DNA of 64,000 nucleotides, taken from contig CBDEUS010000002.1 in the NCBI GenBank assembly GCA_965243395.1, forward strand, positions 704,001 through 768,000. The letters run 5' to 3'. Position 1 is the first letter of the stretch. Every line of letters begins with the position of its first letter. Source of the DNA: Gammaproteobacteria bacterium. Lineage in GTDB: Bacteria; Pseudomonadota; Gammaproteobacteria; UBA4575. The notes under the pieces were generated by a model that was given only the letters and a program-made list of their open reading frames with translations, did no database searches and had not been told where the DNA came from. This document shows positions 10,484-19,965 of this stretch, in pieces. A program made the translations under genes and the position numbers.

Positions 10484-11281
10484 CTAGTTTATAGAAAAAA
10501 ATTCCTTTGCAGTTAGAGTGGTCTCTTCGGCAGTTTGTTCAATACTTGTATTGCGGCAATTTGCCACAGTTTTCAATATATGTGGGAGAAATGCGGGTTC
10601 ATTGCGTCTGCCATCGGGTTTGGGATATTCGTCTTTGGGTAGGTTTCTGGGTAAAAGATAAGGGGAATCAGTTTCAATCATAAGTCTGTTTGCGGGGATT
10701 TTTTTTACTGATTCATGTAAGTGTAGGCCACGGCGTTCATCACATATCCAACCTGTGACTCCAATGTGACAGTCTAAATCCAAATAAGTCTCAAGTTCTT
10801 CGTTGGTGCCGGTAAAGCAATGAACAACTACCTTGTTTAAGTGTTTTCTGTGTTCAGAAAGAATTTTTACAAAATCTTCATGTGCGTCACGTTCATGAAG
10901 AAAAATTGGCATATTAAGCTCAGCAGCAAGCTCCAACTGTGCTTTAAAAGTAATTTTCTGTTGCTCTGGGGGAGAGTAGTTACGATTAAAATCTAAACCT
11001 GCTTCACCAATGGCAACCACATTATTATTTTTTGCGAGAGTTTTTAATTGATCGTAGCTATCGTCTTGCCAGTTTTTAGCCAGATGAGGGTGTACACCTG
11101 CTGTTGACACCATACCTTTATATTCTAATGAAAGCTTTAAAGCATATTCACTTTCATCTACATCGGAGCCTGTTAAAACAAAATAATTTACGCCTGCTTG
11201 ATTAGCGCGTTTAACTACCTCATCTGCATCTTTGCGAAACGCACTGCTGGTAAAATTAAAACCAATGTCAACCAGTTCCAT
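10484..11281 (-). CDS. tatD: TatD family hydrolase
   Basis: DIGFN, TAGVHPH, GEAGLD, HERDAH, HCFTG, ETDSPYL and RNEP. Confidence 0.93.
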   Translation of the reverse strand: MELVDIGFNFTSSAFRKDADEVVKRANQAGVNYFVLTGSDVDESEYALKLSLEYKGMVSTAGVHPHLAKNWQDDSYDQLKTLAKNNNVVAIGEAGLDFNRNYSPPEQQKITFKAQLELAAELNMPIFLHERDAHEDFVKILSEHRKHLNKVVVHCFTGTNEELETYLDLDCHIGVTGWICDERRGLHLHESVKKIPANRLMIETDSPYLLPRNLPKDEYPKPDGRRNEPAFLPHILKTVANCRNTSIEQTAEETTLTAKEFFSIN

Positions 11282-11292
11282 AAAATATATAT

Positions 11293-12123
11293 TTACGCTA
11301 AGTGTGCGCAGTTTTCACAATATTCACCTTCTTCATCAGATAAAACAATCTGACAATGTCGGCAAAGACGTGTAAACGTTGGCTGTAGATTTGCGTCAAG
11401 ACACACACGATCATCAAATACAAAGCACTCACCATGCCAATGTTGATTTTGATATTTTTCTAAGTATTTAATTATTCCACCTTCAAGCTGGTACACCTCT
11501 TTAAATCCATATGTAGCAAGTATTGGCGCACCTTTTTCACAACGAATCCCTCCTGTGCAAAAAGTAACAACAGGTTTGTCTTTTGGAAGTTGATTGATTT
11601 TTTCTTGTAGGCCCACGATATCTCGAAAATTTCTCATCCCTAAATTTTTTGAATGGTTAAAACTACCCAAGTCTATTTCAAAGGTATTTCTCATATCGAG
11701 CAGGGTAATATCTTTGCCTTCATCCAGCCATTCTTTAAAGTCATCGATTGATATATGCTGAGCTTTATTTTCATGATTAATATCGTTGCATGGCTCATCA
11801 GGTATCTCATCAAATCCTAATGGCCGAGTTGGAACCAGTTCTTTTCTGACTTTTATAAGCAGCCGTTTAAAGGGAATGTTTTCAGAGAAAGAAGTGTTGA
11901 GCAATAAATCTTTTACACCACATTGCTTATTCAGTTCCCGCAAAAAATAATCAATATCGCTTTGAGTGCTTGCAATTCCGAGATTAATACCTTCAGAACT
12001 GATAAAAATATTACCTTTTATATGCGTCTGGCTACAAATAGACTGAGTATGCTCAAATACTTCGGCCGTATCGTCAATTGCAGTGTATTTATAGCCCGCA
12101 ATATTAGTAATTTGTTGAGACAT
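11293..12123 (-). CDS. trhO: Rhodanese-domain tRNA U34 hydroxylase TrhO (YceA-like)
   Basis: EGIN, CTGGIRCEK, LEGGIIKY and GECFVFDDR. The start is more likely MSQQ at 12123, because the 12201 start overlaps pepN. Confidence 0.85.
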   Translation of the reverse strand: MSQQITNIAGYKYTAIDDTAEVFEHTQSICSQTHIKGNIFISSEGINLGIASTQSDIDYFLRELNKQCGVKDLLLNTSFSENIPFKRLLIKVRKELVPTRPLGFDEIPDEPCNDINHENKAQHISIDDFKEWLDEGKDITLLDMRNTFEIDLGSFNHSKNLGMRNFRDIVGLQEKINQLPKDKPVVTFCTGGIRCEKGAPILATYGFKEVYQLEGGIIKYLEKYQNQHWHGECFVFDDRVCLDANLQPTFTRLCRHCQIVLSDEEGEYCENCAHLA

Positions 12124-12180
12124 AAAACCAAATAAAACAGTACTTAACAAAGATAACAATAATGAGTTAGGGTAGTCATT

Positions 12181-14790
12181 ATGAAAGAAGGACAACCACA
12201 AGCGGTATATCTAAAAGACTATACACCACCGAATTATCTCATTGATGAAGTTGAATTGGACTTTTTACTTGGTGAGGAGATTACAAAAGTCATCTCGCAT
12301 TTACAATTGCGTCGTAATCCTGATTATTTGGGTAATGATGAAACTTTAGAACTACACGGTGAAGAGCTTGAGCTCAAATCAGTCGAGCTTGAGGGAAAAC
12401 AATTAAATCCTCAACAATATATTCAGTCAGACGAGACTTTATTAATTCCAAATGCACCCCAACATTTTTCTCTTAAAATTGAAACCCATATCACGCCTCA
12501 GACTAATACTTCTCTAGAGGGTTTATATAAATCCAGCGGGAATTTTTGTACCCAGTGTGAAGCCGAGGGTTTTCGTAAAATTACTTATTTTTTAGATCGG
12601 CCAGATGTAATGTCTAAATACACTGTGCGTATTCAGGCAGACAAATCACGTTACCCGGTTTTATTGTCCAATGGCAATCTAAAAGAACAGGGAGAATTAG
12701 AAGCTGGACAGCATTTTGCTATTTGGCAAGACCCTTTTCCCAAGCCGAGTTATTTATTTGCTCTCGTGGCGGGTAACTTAGTGTACTTAGAAGGCATGCA
12801 TCGTACTGCATCGGGTAAAGAAATTGTATTGCGAATTTATTCAGAAAAACACAATGCTGATAAATGTGAACATGCTTTGCAATCTTTGAAAAAAGCCATG
12901 CAATGGGATGAAGACCGTTTTGGTTTGGAGTGTGATTTAGATATTTACATGATTGTTGCGGTCGATGATTTCAATATGGGCGCAATGGAGAATAAAGGCT
13001 TAAATATTTTTAATTCCAGTTGTGTGTTAGCCACATCAAAAACCGCAACTGATAACGAATTCATGCATATTGAGGCCGTCGTTGCACACGAATATTTTCA
13101 TAACTGGACAGGTAATCGAGTCACATGCAGGGATTGGTTTCAATTAAGTTTGAAAGAAGGTTTAACGGTTTTTCGTGACCAAGAATTTACTTCCGACGTC
13201 ACTTCCCGTGCAGTGAAAAGAATTAGTGATGTCCGCGCATTACGAGCTTATCAGTTTGCAGAAGATGCGAGTCCTATGGCACATCCAGTACGCCCTGCAT
13301 CTTTTATGGAAATCAATAATTTCTACACCCTGACGGTATATGAAAAAGGCGCTGAAATCGTACGCATGTATCAAATGATGTTTGGTGTCGAAGGCTTTCG
13401 CAAAGGCATGGATTTATATTTTGAGCGCCATGATGGTCAAGCTGTAACGACTGATGATTTTGCCGCAGCAATGGCAGATGCAAATGGTGCAGATTTAGAC
13501 CAATTTAAACTCTGGTATGAGCAGGCGGGTACACCGGTAGTAACAGTAGAAGATCAGTGGGATGCAGTAACAGATACATACTCTTTAAAATGTACTCAAA
13601 CCTGCCCACCTACACCTGAAAGCACAGATAAACAACCATTTGTGATTCCTTTAAAAACATCAGTATTAGATGAAAAGGGAGAAGTGCTTGTAGATGCACA
13701 AGTTTTGAATTTACATCAACGTCAACAATCTTTTGAATTTAAAAATATAGTAAGCAAACCTATTCCTGATTTATTGCAGGAGTTTTCAGCTCCTGTGCAA
13801 TTGCAATATTTATATACAGACGAACAATTAGCCTTTTTGTTAAAACATTCTAATGATGCATTTAATCGTTGGGATGCTGGTAATAGACTGGCTTTAAACG
13901 TATTACAAGAAGATGTTTCTGAGCAAAAAAATACTGGTGGATCACATTCGCTTGCTACATTAAAAGATGCGTTAAAGCATGCTTTACAACTACAAGCAAC
14001 CGAAGCTAGTTTACTCGCCGAACTATTAATATTACCGAATGAAAAAGATTTAGAAGAACGCCTTGAAAAAATTGATATGCGAATATGTGTGTTGGCAAGT
14101 GAAAGCTTGCAAAAGGATATAGCCGAGCATTTAGAAGCTGATCTCTTAAAAACTTATCACGCCTTTAGTAAAAATGTTGCTTATCAATATAATGCTGAAG
14201 AGATGGCGCGCCGAAAATTGCAAAATATTTGTTTGCAGCTATTAAACACTTTAGATAACTCTGAGTACAAAATTCTCGCACTTGAGCAATATAAACGTGC
14301 GAGTAATATGACTGAACAAGTGGGCGCCATAAATGCCTTAATTCATTTTGAATCTGATCAGCGAGAACAGGCATTAACTGCTTTTGAAAAACAATGGCAA
14401 CATGATGGGTTAGTAATGGATAAATGGCTGGCTTTCCAGGCACGCTCGAAAGTACCTGGTGCACTTGATAATGTTAAAGCGCTTATGCAGCATTCTGTTT
14501 TCAAAATTACAAACCCAAATAAAGTCAGGGCTCTTATCGGCGCTTTCGCTGGACAAAATGCTTATCATTTTCATAACCCAGATGGCAGTGGTTATGAATT
14601 TATTGCGCAACAAGTGATTGCATTAAATGAAATAAATCCGCAAGTAGCTTCACGTTTGGTGAGAACTTTAATGCGCTGGGAAAGTTATCTTGACCCATGT
14701 GGCGAAAAAATGCGTGGGCAATTAAAAATGATTGCTTCACATAGTAATCTTTCTAGGGATGTATACGAAATCGTCACAAAAAGTCTGTAA
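12181..14790 (+). CDS. pepN: Aminopeptidase N (M1 family)
   Basis: TQCEAEGFR, GAMENKGLNIFN, HEYFH...E and YEKGAE. Confidence 0.97.
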   Translation: MKEGQPQAVYLKDYTPPNYLIDEVELDFLLGEEITKVISHLQLRRNPDYLGNDETLELHGEELELKSVELEGKQLNPQQYIQSDETLLIPNAPQHFSLKIETHITPQTNTSLEGLYKSSGNFCTQCEAEGFRKITYFLDRPDVMSKYTVRIQADKSRYPVLLSNGNLKEQGELEAGQHFAIWQDPFPKPSYLFALVAGNLVYLEGMHRTASGKEIVLRIYSEKHNADKCEHALQSLKKAMQWDEDRFGLECDLDIYMIVAVDDFNMGAMENKGLNIFNSSCVLATSKTATDNEFMHIEAVVAHEYFHNWTGNRVTCRDWFQLSLKEGLTVFRDQEFTSDVTSRAVKRISDVRALRAYQFAEDASPMAHPVRPASFMEINNFYTLTVYEKGAEIVRMYQMMFGVEGFRKGMDLYFERHDGQAVTTDDFAAAMADANGADLDQFKLWYEQAGTPVVTVEDQWDAVTDTYSLKCTQTCPPTPESTDKQPFVIPLKTSVLDEKGEVLVDAQVLNLHQRQQSFEFKNIVSKPIPDLLQEFSAPVQLQYLYTDEQLAFLLKHSNDAFNRWDAGNRLALNVLQEDVSEQKNTGGSHSLATLKDALKHALQLQATEASLLAELLILPNEKDLEERLEKIDMRICVLASESLQKDIAEHLEADLLKTYHAFSKNVAYQYNAEEMARRKLQNICLQLLNTLDNSEYKILALEQYKRASNMTEQVGAINALIHFESDQREQALTAFEKQWQHDGLVMDKWLAFQARSKVPGALDNVKALMQHSVFKITNPNKVRALIGAFAGQNAYHFHNPDGSGYEFIAQQVIALNEINPQVASRLVRTLMRWESYLDPCGEKMRGQLKMIASHSNLSRDVYEIVTKSL

Positions 14791-14812
14791 ATAAAAATCT
14801 CATTATTGCCTA

Positions 14813-16333
14813 TTGACATCATCAACTGATCAATTTCGTTCTCACCGTGCGCTGGATGTATTAGAGCGTATTGGCAATCGTTTGCCTGATCCGGCTGCAT
14901 TATTTGTTATTGGTCTTTTTATTATCATGCTCCTATCACACATCGCTGTGTTATTGGATTGGTCGGTTACGAATTCTTCTACTAAGCAGGTGATTACTGC
15001 AAATAGCTTGTTAAGTAGTGCTGGAATATGGTGGTTGCTAAGTCACTTGGTCGAAAACTTTATTCAGTTTCCACCCTTAGGAATTGTACTGGTGGGTATG
15101 TTAGGAATTGGACTTGCCGATCGAAGCGGTTTATTGCCAACTGCATTGCAGATGGCGAGTATGCGCGTCAAAGGAGTGTGGTTGTCGCCAGCTATGATAT
15201 TCCTGGGCATTATGTCATCGGTGGCATTAGATGCAGGTTATGTAGTGTTACCTCCGATTGCTGCAGTATTATTCATTTTAGCTAATCGATCTCCTATAGC
15301 AGGTATAGCCGCGGCTTTTGCAGGAGTTTCGGCAGGGTTTGGGGCAAATCTTTTCATCACAAGTTTAGATCCAATGTTGGCGGGCTTTTCGCAGTCGGGA
15401 GCATCTTTAATCGATCAAAATTATCGCGTAGCAGTTACAGCTAATTGGTGGTTTATGATTGCGTCAACTGTGATGTTAACCGCAGTAGGTTGGTTTGTTA
15501 CTGAAAAGTTTGTAGAACCAAGATTTAGTGCTAGTAAAGAAATAGTTATTCCTAAGCGCATTAAGCAACAAACAGGGGTAAATCCAAAGGAAAAAACGGC
15601 AGTTTATTTTGCTTTGTTTAGTGTGTTGATCATTTTAGCGATAATAATAGCTTGTACGGTAATACCTGGGACGGCGCTTTATGGCCAAGGCAAATATTTC
15701 CCACGCTGGGTTGAAGTAACAGTACCTCTTTTATTTATTGTTTTTTTAGTACCAGGAATTATCTATGGTGTGCTGGCGGGAACAATAAAGTCTCATCGCG
15801 ATATAGCTAACATGATGGCCGACACACTTGCGTCAATGGGACCTTATATTGTTTTGGCTTTTTTTGCAGCGCAATTTATTGAAGCATTTAAGTATTCTCA
15901 TCTAGGTGAAATGTTAGCGATTGGGGGAGGTCAATGGTTAGCGGCTACAAATCTTAGTGTGTATTTTTTAATTGCTGTCTTTATATTAATTGTGATGTTC
16001 GGAAATCTCTTAATTGGTTCGATGTCTGCTAAGTATGCATTTTTTGCTCCCGTATTTGTTCCCATTTTTATGCAACTAGGTGTACGACCAGAACTTACCC
16101 AAGTTGCATATCGCATTGGGGATTCTGTTACCAATGTGATTACACCTTTGAACCCATATTTGGTTATTATTCTTGCTTTGTTGAAAGAGTATTATCCAAA
16201 GTCGGGTTTGGGCACATTAATAAGTATTATGCTTCCTTACACCATTGCATTTGCAATTGCGTGGATGTTGTTATTGTTTTTATGGATGATACTTGGAATC
16301 CCTCTGGGGCCTAACGGCTACCTTTTTTATTAA
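14813..16333 (+). CDS. AbgT family transporter
   Basis: ERIGNRLPDP, FAGVSAGFGAN and YRIGDSVTNVITP; many TM helices. Confidence 0.9.
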   Translation: MTSSTDQFRSHRALDVLERIGNRLPDPAALFVIGLFIIMLLSHIAVLLDWSVTNSSTKQVITANSLLSSAGIWWLLSHLVENFIQFPPLGIVLVGMLGIGLADRSGLLPTALQMASMRVKGVWLSPAMIFLGIMSSVALDAGYVVLPPIAAVLFILANRSPIAGIAAAFAGVSAGFGANLFITSLDPMLAGFSQSGASLIDQNYRVAVTANWWFMIASTVMLTAVGWFVTEKFVEPRFSASKEIVIPKRIKQQTGVNPKEKTAVYFALFSVLIILAIIIACTVIPGTALYGQGKYFPRWVEVTVPLLFIVFLVPGIIYGVLAGTIKSHRDIANMMADTLASMGPYIVLAFFAAQFIEAFKYSHLGEMLAIGGGQWLAATNLSVYFLIAVFILIVMFGNLLIGSMSAKYAFFAPVFVPIFMQLGVRPELTQVAYRIGDSVTNVITPLNPYLVIILALLKEYYPKSGLGTLISIMLPYTIAFAIAWMLLLFLWMILGIPLGPNGYLFY

Positions 16334-16341
16334 TTATTATC

Positions 16342-16758
16342 ATGCATGACAAAAATATAATTTCTGTATTCGAAAATGGCCCAATTCATATAAGGGGCGA
16401 TTTAGTACTTATCAATAGTGATGGCGATGTTATTGAAAAAACTGACGAATTATATTTATGCCGCTGTGGTAAATCGAATAACAAACCCTATTGTGATGGC
16501 GAGCATAAGAAAAATAATTTTTCGGAAGCTGGAAAATTTATTAAACCACCTGAGTCAGTAACGGATATTATTAATGAAGGTGTATTAGAAATTAAAGTTC
16601 AAGCAAACGGCCCTTTAATATTTAAAGGTACTGCTCTTATTCGAGATTGTGCAGAGAAAGAAATTTACCGAAAAGTAGGTGGACTATGTCGATGTGGGCA
16701 ATCTAATAACAGCCCTTTTTGTGATGGAACACATTCCAAAATAGAATTTGTAGCGTAA
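16342..16758 (+). CDS. Tandem CDGSH iron-sulfur domain protein
   Basis: LCRCGKSNNKPYCDGEH and LCRCGQSNNSPFCDGTH. Confidence 0.92.
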   Translation: MHDKNIISVFENGPIHIRGDLVLINSDGDVIEKTDELYLCRCGKSNNKPYCDGEHKKNNFSEAGKFIKPPESVTDIINEGVLEIKVQANGPLIFKGTALIRDCAEKEIYRKVGGLCRCGQSNNSPFCDGTHSKIEFVA

Positions 16759-16766
16759 TAGAGAAA

Positions 16767-17282
16767 TTAAAAGCCCTCGGTTGAGGTAAATAACCCTACT
16801 CGTAAATCTTTCGCCTTGTAAATTTCTTTATTGTCTACAGACATAATTCCGTCAGCAATTCCCATAACCGTACTTCTGCTAATTACTCTTTTAATATCGA
16901 GTCGATATTGTACGATTTTTGCAGTGGGTAGTACTTGACCCGTGAAACGGACTTCATTGACACCAAGTGCACGACCTTTTCCCGGATTACCTTGCCAGGC
17001 AATAAAAAAGCCTAATAGTTGCCACAAAGCATCTAAACCTAAACAGCCTGGCATAACAGGGTCCCCGGGGAAGTGGCAATCAAAAAACCATAAATCAGAT
17101 TTAATATCGAGCTCAGCCTCAATCATGCCTCGGTCATAACTTCCATTCTCATTTGAGATGTTAGTAATACGATCCATCATTAGCATGTTGGGCATGGGTA
17201 ATTGCGCATTACCCGGACCAAACATTTCACCTCTGCCACAAGCCAGTAGGTCTTCATAAGAAAAGGAATTTTTTTGCGTCAC
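16767..17282 (-). CDS. fabA: 3-hydroxydecanoyl-ACP dehydratase/isomerase
   Basis: [33 protein letters not shown] and GRALG. Confidence 0.97.
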   Translation of the reverse strand: MTQKNSFSYEDLLACGRGEMFGPGNAQLPMPNMLMMDRITNISNENGSYDRGMIEAELDIKSDLWFFDCHFPGDPVMPGCLGLDALWQLLGFFIAWQGNPGKGRALGVNEVRFTGQVLPTAKIVQYRLDIKRVISRSTVMGIADGIMSVDNKEIYKAKDLRVGLFTSTEGF

Positions 17283-17437
17283 AATGAATTGGTCTTGGTT
17301 AGCTGCATCCTTGCTGCAGTATGGTGGTGATATGCATTTATTGTTTGGAGTGTAGCAAAAGATTTTGATTATTACTTGTTATACACCAAGAATTTCAGCT
17401 TTAGCGATGTATATTGTGATGTTTTTTTCAATATATT

Positions 17438-18412
17438 TTATTGTTTAAAACGGCGATCTTGTTTTACACGATCGAGAATTAAATAAAGTTCACTAATGGT
17501 TTGTATGTAGTTTGCTTGGATTTCTTGAAGTACATCAAAGTAAGCAGCTGTTCCACTTCCCGTTACAACAATTTCAATACTATTGTTTAATTCTCGGCGT
17601 AGCTTGCGTAATTGATTTGGTAATAATGGATCATCAGCGGGTCGTGTTATACCAATCGCTACTAATTGTGCATCGCTTTGTTGTTGAGCAAAGATTATTT
17701 CGTCTACCGTTCCATACATACCTAAAAATATTGCATCCCAACCGTTTGATTTGCTAGCAGCAGCTAAGCGCAAGGCTGCAATATCACTTACAGGTCCCGC
17801 AGGTGAAGCGCAGATTAATTTATATTCAGATTCAACAAAGGGTTCATTCATAACCAAGTTTGAGAGAAATGCCCGTATAGAATAAATAGCTATTGCATAA
17901 TGAGTATCACGTAAGGCGCCGCGGCGACATTCGTCCTGAATGTGCGAAACCAGTGGTCGTAGCAAGTCTTCTAATAAAAAAATAATGCCTAACGATTTTG
18001 ATGCATCGCTAAGCGAATGATAAATGTCGTAACTATTGAACCGTTGTACTGCATCTAAACAGTCATCGAAATATTCCATCACGGATCCCGTGCTGGGACG
18101 CTGTTCTATTTTTGCGAGTGGTAAACGCGCTGCTGCGGATTCATCTTTATCAACTAACTCACGAAGTTTATCCATGGGTAAACTCGCAACATCGCCAATT
18201 CGACGCCCTGCTGAGGTCGCGCGCCGCAGCATAATAAGTTTTTCAACGTCACTATCGCTATACAATCTTCGAGCGTTACTGGCTCTTTCTGGTGTGACTA
18301 CTCCATAACGACGTTCCCACACACGTATGACATCCGCCGTAAGTCCGGTACGTCTGGCGACTACTTGAATGGGGTGCTCATGCACTAAAACGTTTGTCTG
18401 TTTGCCTGCCAC
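17438..18412 (-). CDS. MerR-family regulator with degenerate cobalamin-binding domain (CarH/LitR-like)
   Basis: MerR HTH (IRVWERRYG...RRLYS), four-helix cap and Rossmann-like domain. The Wx9EH and ExH B12 motifs are absent. Confidence 0.85.
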   Translation of the reverse strand: MAGKQTNVLVHEHPIQVVARRTGLTADVIRVWERRYGVVTPERASNARRLYSDSDVEKLIMLRRATSAGRRIGDVASLPMDKLRELVDKDESAAARLPLAKIEQRPSTGSVMEYFDDCLDAVQRFNSYDIYHSLSDASKSLGIIFLLEDLLRPLVSHIQDECRRGALRDTHYAIAIYSIRAFLSNLVMNEPFVESEYKLICASPAGPVSDIAALRLAAASKSNGWDAIFLGMYGTVDEIIFAQQQSDAQLVAIGITRPADDPLLPNQLRKLRRELNNSIEIVVTGSGTAAYFDVLQEIQANYIQTISELYLILDRVKQDRRFKQ

Positions 18413-18419
18413 GTTAATC

Positions 18420-18459
18420 TGTCATAGTTATGTCTAGCTTATTGTACCAATTTTGTCTG
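18420..18459. promoter_or_regulatory. Putative CarH-type operator (ACA repeats at ~11-bp period)
   Basis: Plus-strand TGT at 18420, 18431, 18443 and 18454 (minus strand ATGACA, TAGACA, GGTACA, CAGACA), immediately upstream of the MerR gene. Confidence 0.5.
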
Positions 18460-18706
18460 TTTAATAAAACATATCTAGGGCATCGTCATAGCTTTGTATT
18501 AGACAAATACCGGTCATATGAGAGGTAGCTGCTTGTGTCGTGGAGACCTTGGGTGCTATATTTATGTCATCGAAAGATCTTTATGCAAACCAAATATCCC
18601 CCATGATTTTGGTTTGTTAGGAAACAGGTATGTATATCTAGCCTATAGTCTGGATTGATACTTGTCGCAACCGTTAGGTTTTACCTGACATGAACTAGGA
18701 GCGAAC

Positions 18707-19855
18707 ATGAAGAAACTATTAATCAACGCGCGCTATTTTTTAGCCCCGTTTTTAATATTAGCGAGTTTATTCGGTGTATTAGCGGGGGGTCCATGGGTAT
18801 GGACCGGCGTATTACTACTGGGACTGGGTATCATCATAGACACCCTGACAACAGCACAAACACCCGGCGCGGGATTTGACGAAAACGGCGACACCAACGG
18901 CATCGTGCCCTTACTGAATGGCACCATGTACGGCATGCTGGCGGTATTTGTCCTTTTGCAACTGGCCCTTGCCTGGCGCATCTGGCAATACACCAACGGC
19001 GTCCCTGTTGTACCGGGGGGTGAAACCATCCTGGGCCTTGCGGTTCAAGACGGCATCACCGGCAGCCAACTTGTAGGCGCAGTACTATCCACCGGCATCT
19101 TTGCCGGCATCGGCATCATCTACGGACACGAACTGGCGCACACCAAAGGCTTCAGCTTCGTGATTGCGCGCTGGATGATGGCATTAAGTGGCAAAGCCCA
19201 CTTCTGCTACGCGCACGTATACAACCACCACCTAGAACTCGGTCACCAAGACGACCCAGCGACCGCGCCACGCGGGCGCAGCATGTACGCCCACTACCCA
19301 CTATCCGGGTTGGGGCAAAGCAAATTCCTCTTCATGATGGAAAAACAACGTCTTGAAAGACTAGGAGTACCCTTCCTATCCTGGCAAAACCGCTGGATCC
19401 GAGGCTACTTCATGGCATTGCCAACCGTACTTCTGTTCTGGTTCGTAGGCGGCTGGCTTGGCATGCTCTGCTTAGCGGGCGTATGGCTGATCTCCAACTT
19501 CGAACTCGAAGTCCTCAACTACCTTGAGCACTACGGATTGATTCGCGAGAAAGGCCAACCGATTGACTACCGTCATAGCTGGGACAACTCCACCGCGTTT
19601 ACCAGCTGGTTCTTTATCGAGATTGGTCGCCAGGCCGACCATCACGATCGCGGCGAGACCCACTTTTGGGAACTCGACGAAGTGGGTGCACCGAACTGCG
19701 GACGCGGCTACTTCACCCTGTTTGCATTAGGCTTATTGCCACCGGTGTTTCATGCCTACATGAAGCAACAGTTGGCGAAGTGGGATGACGAGATGGCCTC
19801 TGAGGGCGAACTTAAGATCGCGGATCAGATGAATAAACAGGCCGGGTACGCTTAA
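18707..19855 (+). CDS. XylM/AlkB-like integral-membrane diiron monooxygenase (fatty-acid desaturase superfamily)
   Basis: HELAH, HVYNHH, NYLEHYG and QADHH boxes, DPATAPRG and a XylM-like C-terminus. AGGAG RBS. Confidence 0.9.
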   Translation: MKKLLINARYFLAPFLILASLFGVLAGGPWVWTGVLLLGLGIIIDTLTTAQTPGAGFDENGDTNGIVPLLNGTMYGMLAVFVLLQLALAWRIWQYTNGVPVVPGGETILGLAVQDGITGSQLVGAVLSTGIFAGIGIIYGHELAHTKGFSFVIARWMMALSGKAHFCYAHVYNHHLELGHQDDPATAPRGRSMYAHYPLSGLGQSKFLFMMEKQRLERLGVPFLSWQNRWIRGYFMALPTVLLFWFVGGWLGMLCLAGVWLISNFELEVLNYLEHYGLIREKGQPIDYRHSWDNSTAFTSWFFIEIGRQADHHDRGETHFWELDEVGAPNCGRGYFTLFALGLLPPVFHAYMKQQLAKWDDEMASEGELKIADQMNKQAGYA

Positions 19856-19880
19856 AGAATCGTACTTTTTCATCTAATTT

Positions 19881-19918
19881 AAAAACCCCTGACTCCTTGT
19901 GAGACGGGGGTTTTTTTT
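19881..19918 (+). terminator. Rho-independent terminator after the monooxygenase
   Basis: aaaaacccctgactccttgtgagacggggg followed by T8. Confidence 0.85.
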
Positions 19919-19965
19919 GCATTTAATCTTTCCAAAAACTAATAAATCTATATTAAGCTCTTTCA

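Noticed and set aside
18707-19855. Monooxygenase as part of a mobile element
   Set aside because: No transposase, integrase, terminal repeats or tRNA target seen around the GC-rich gene.
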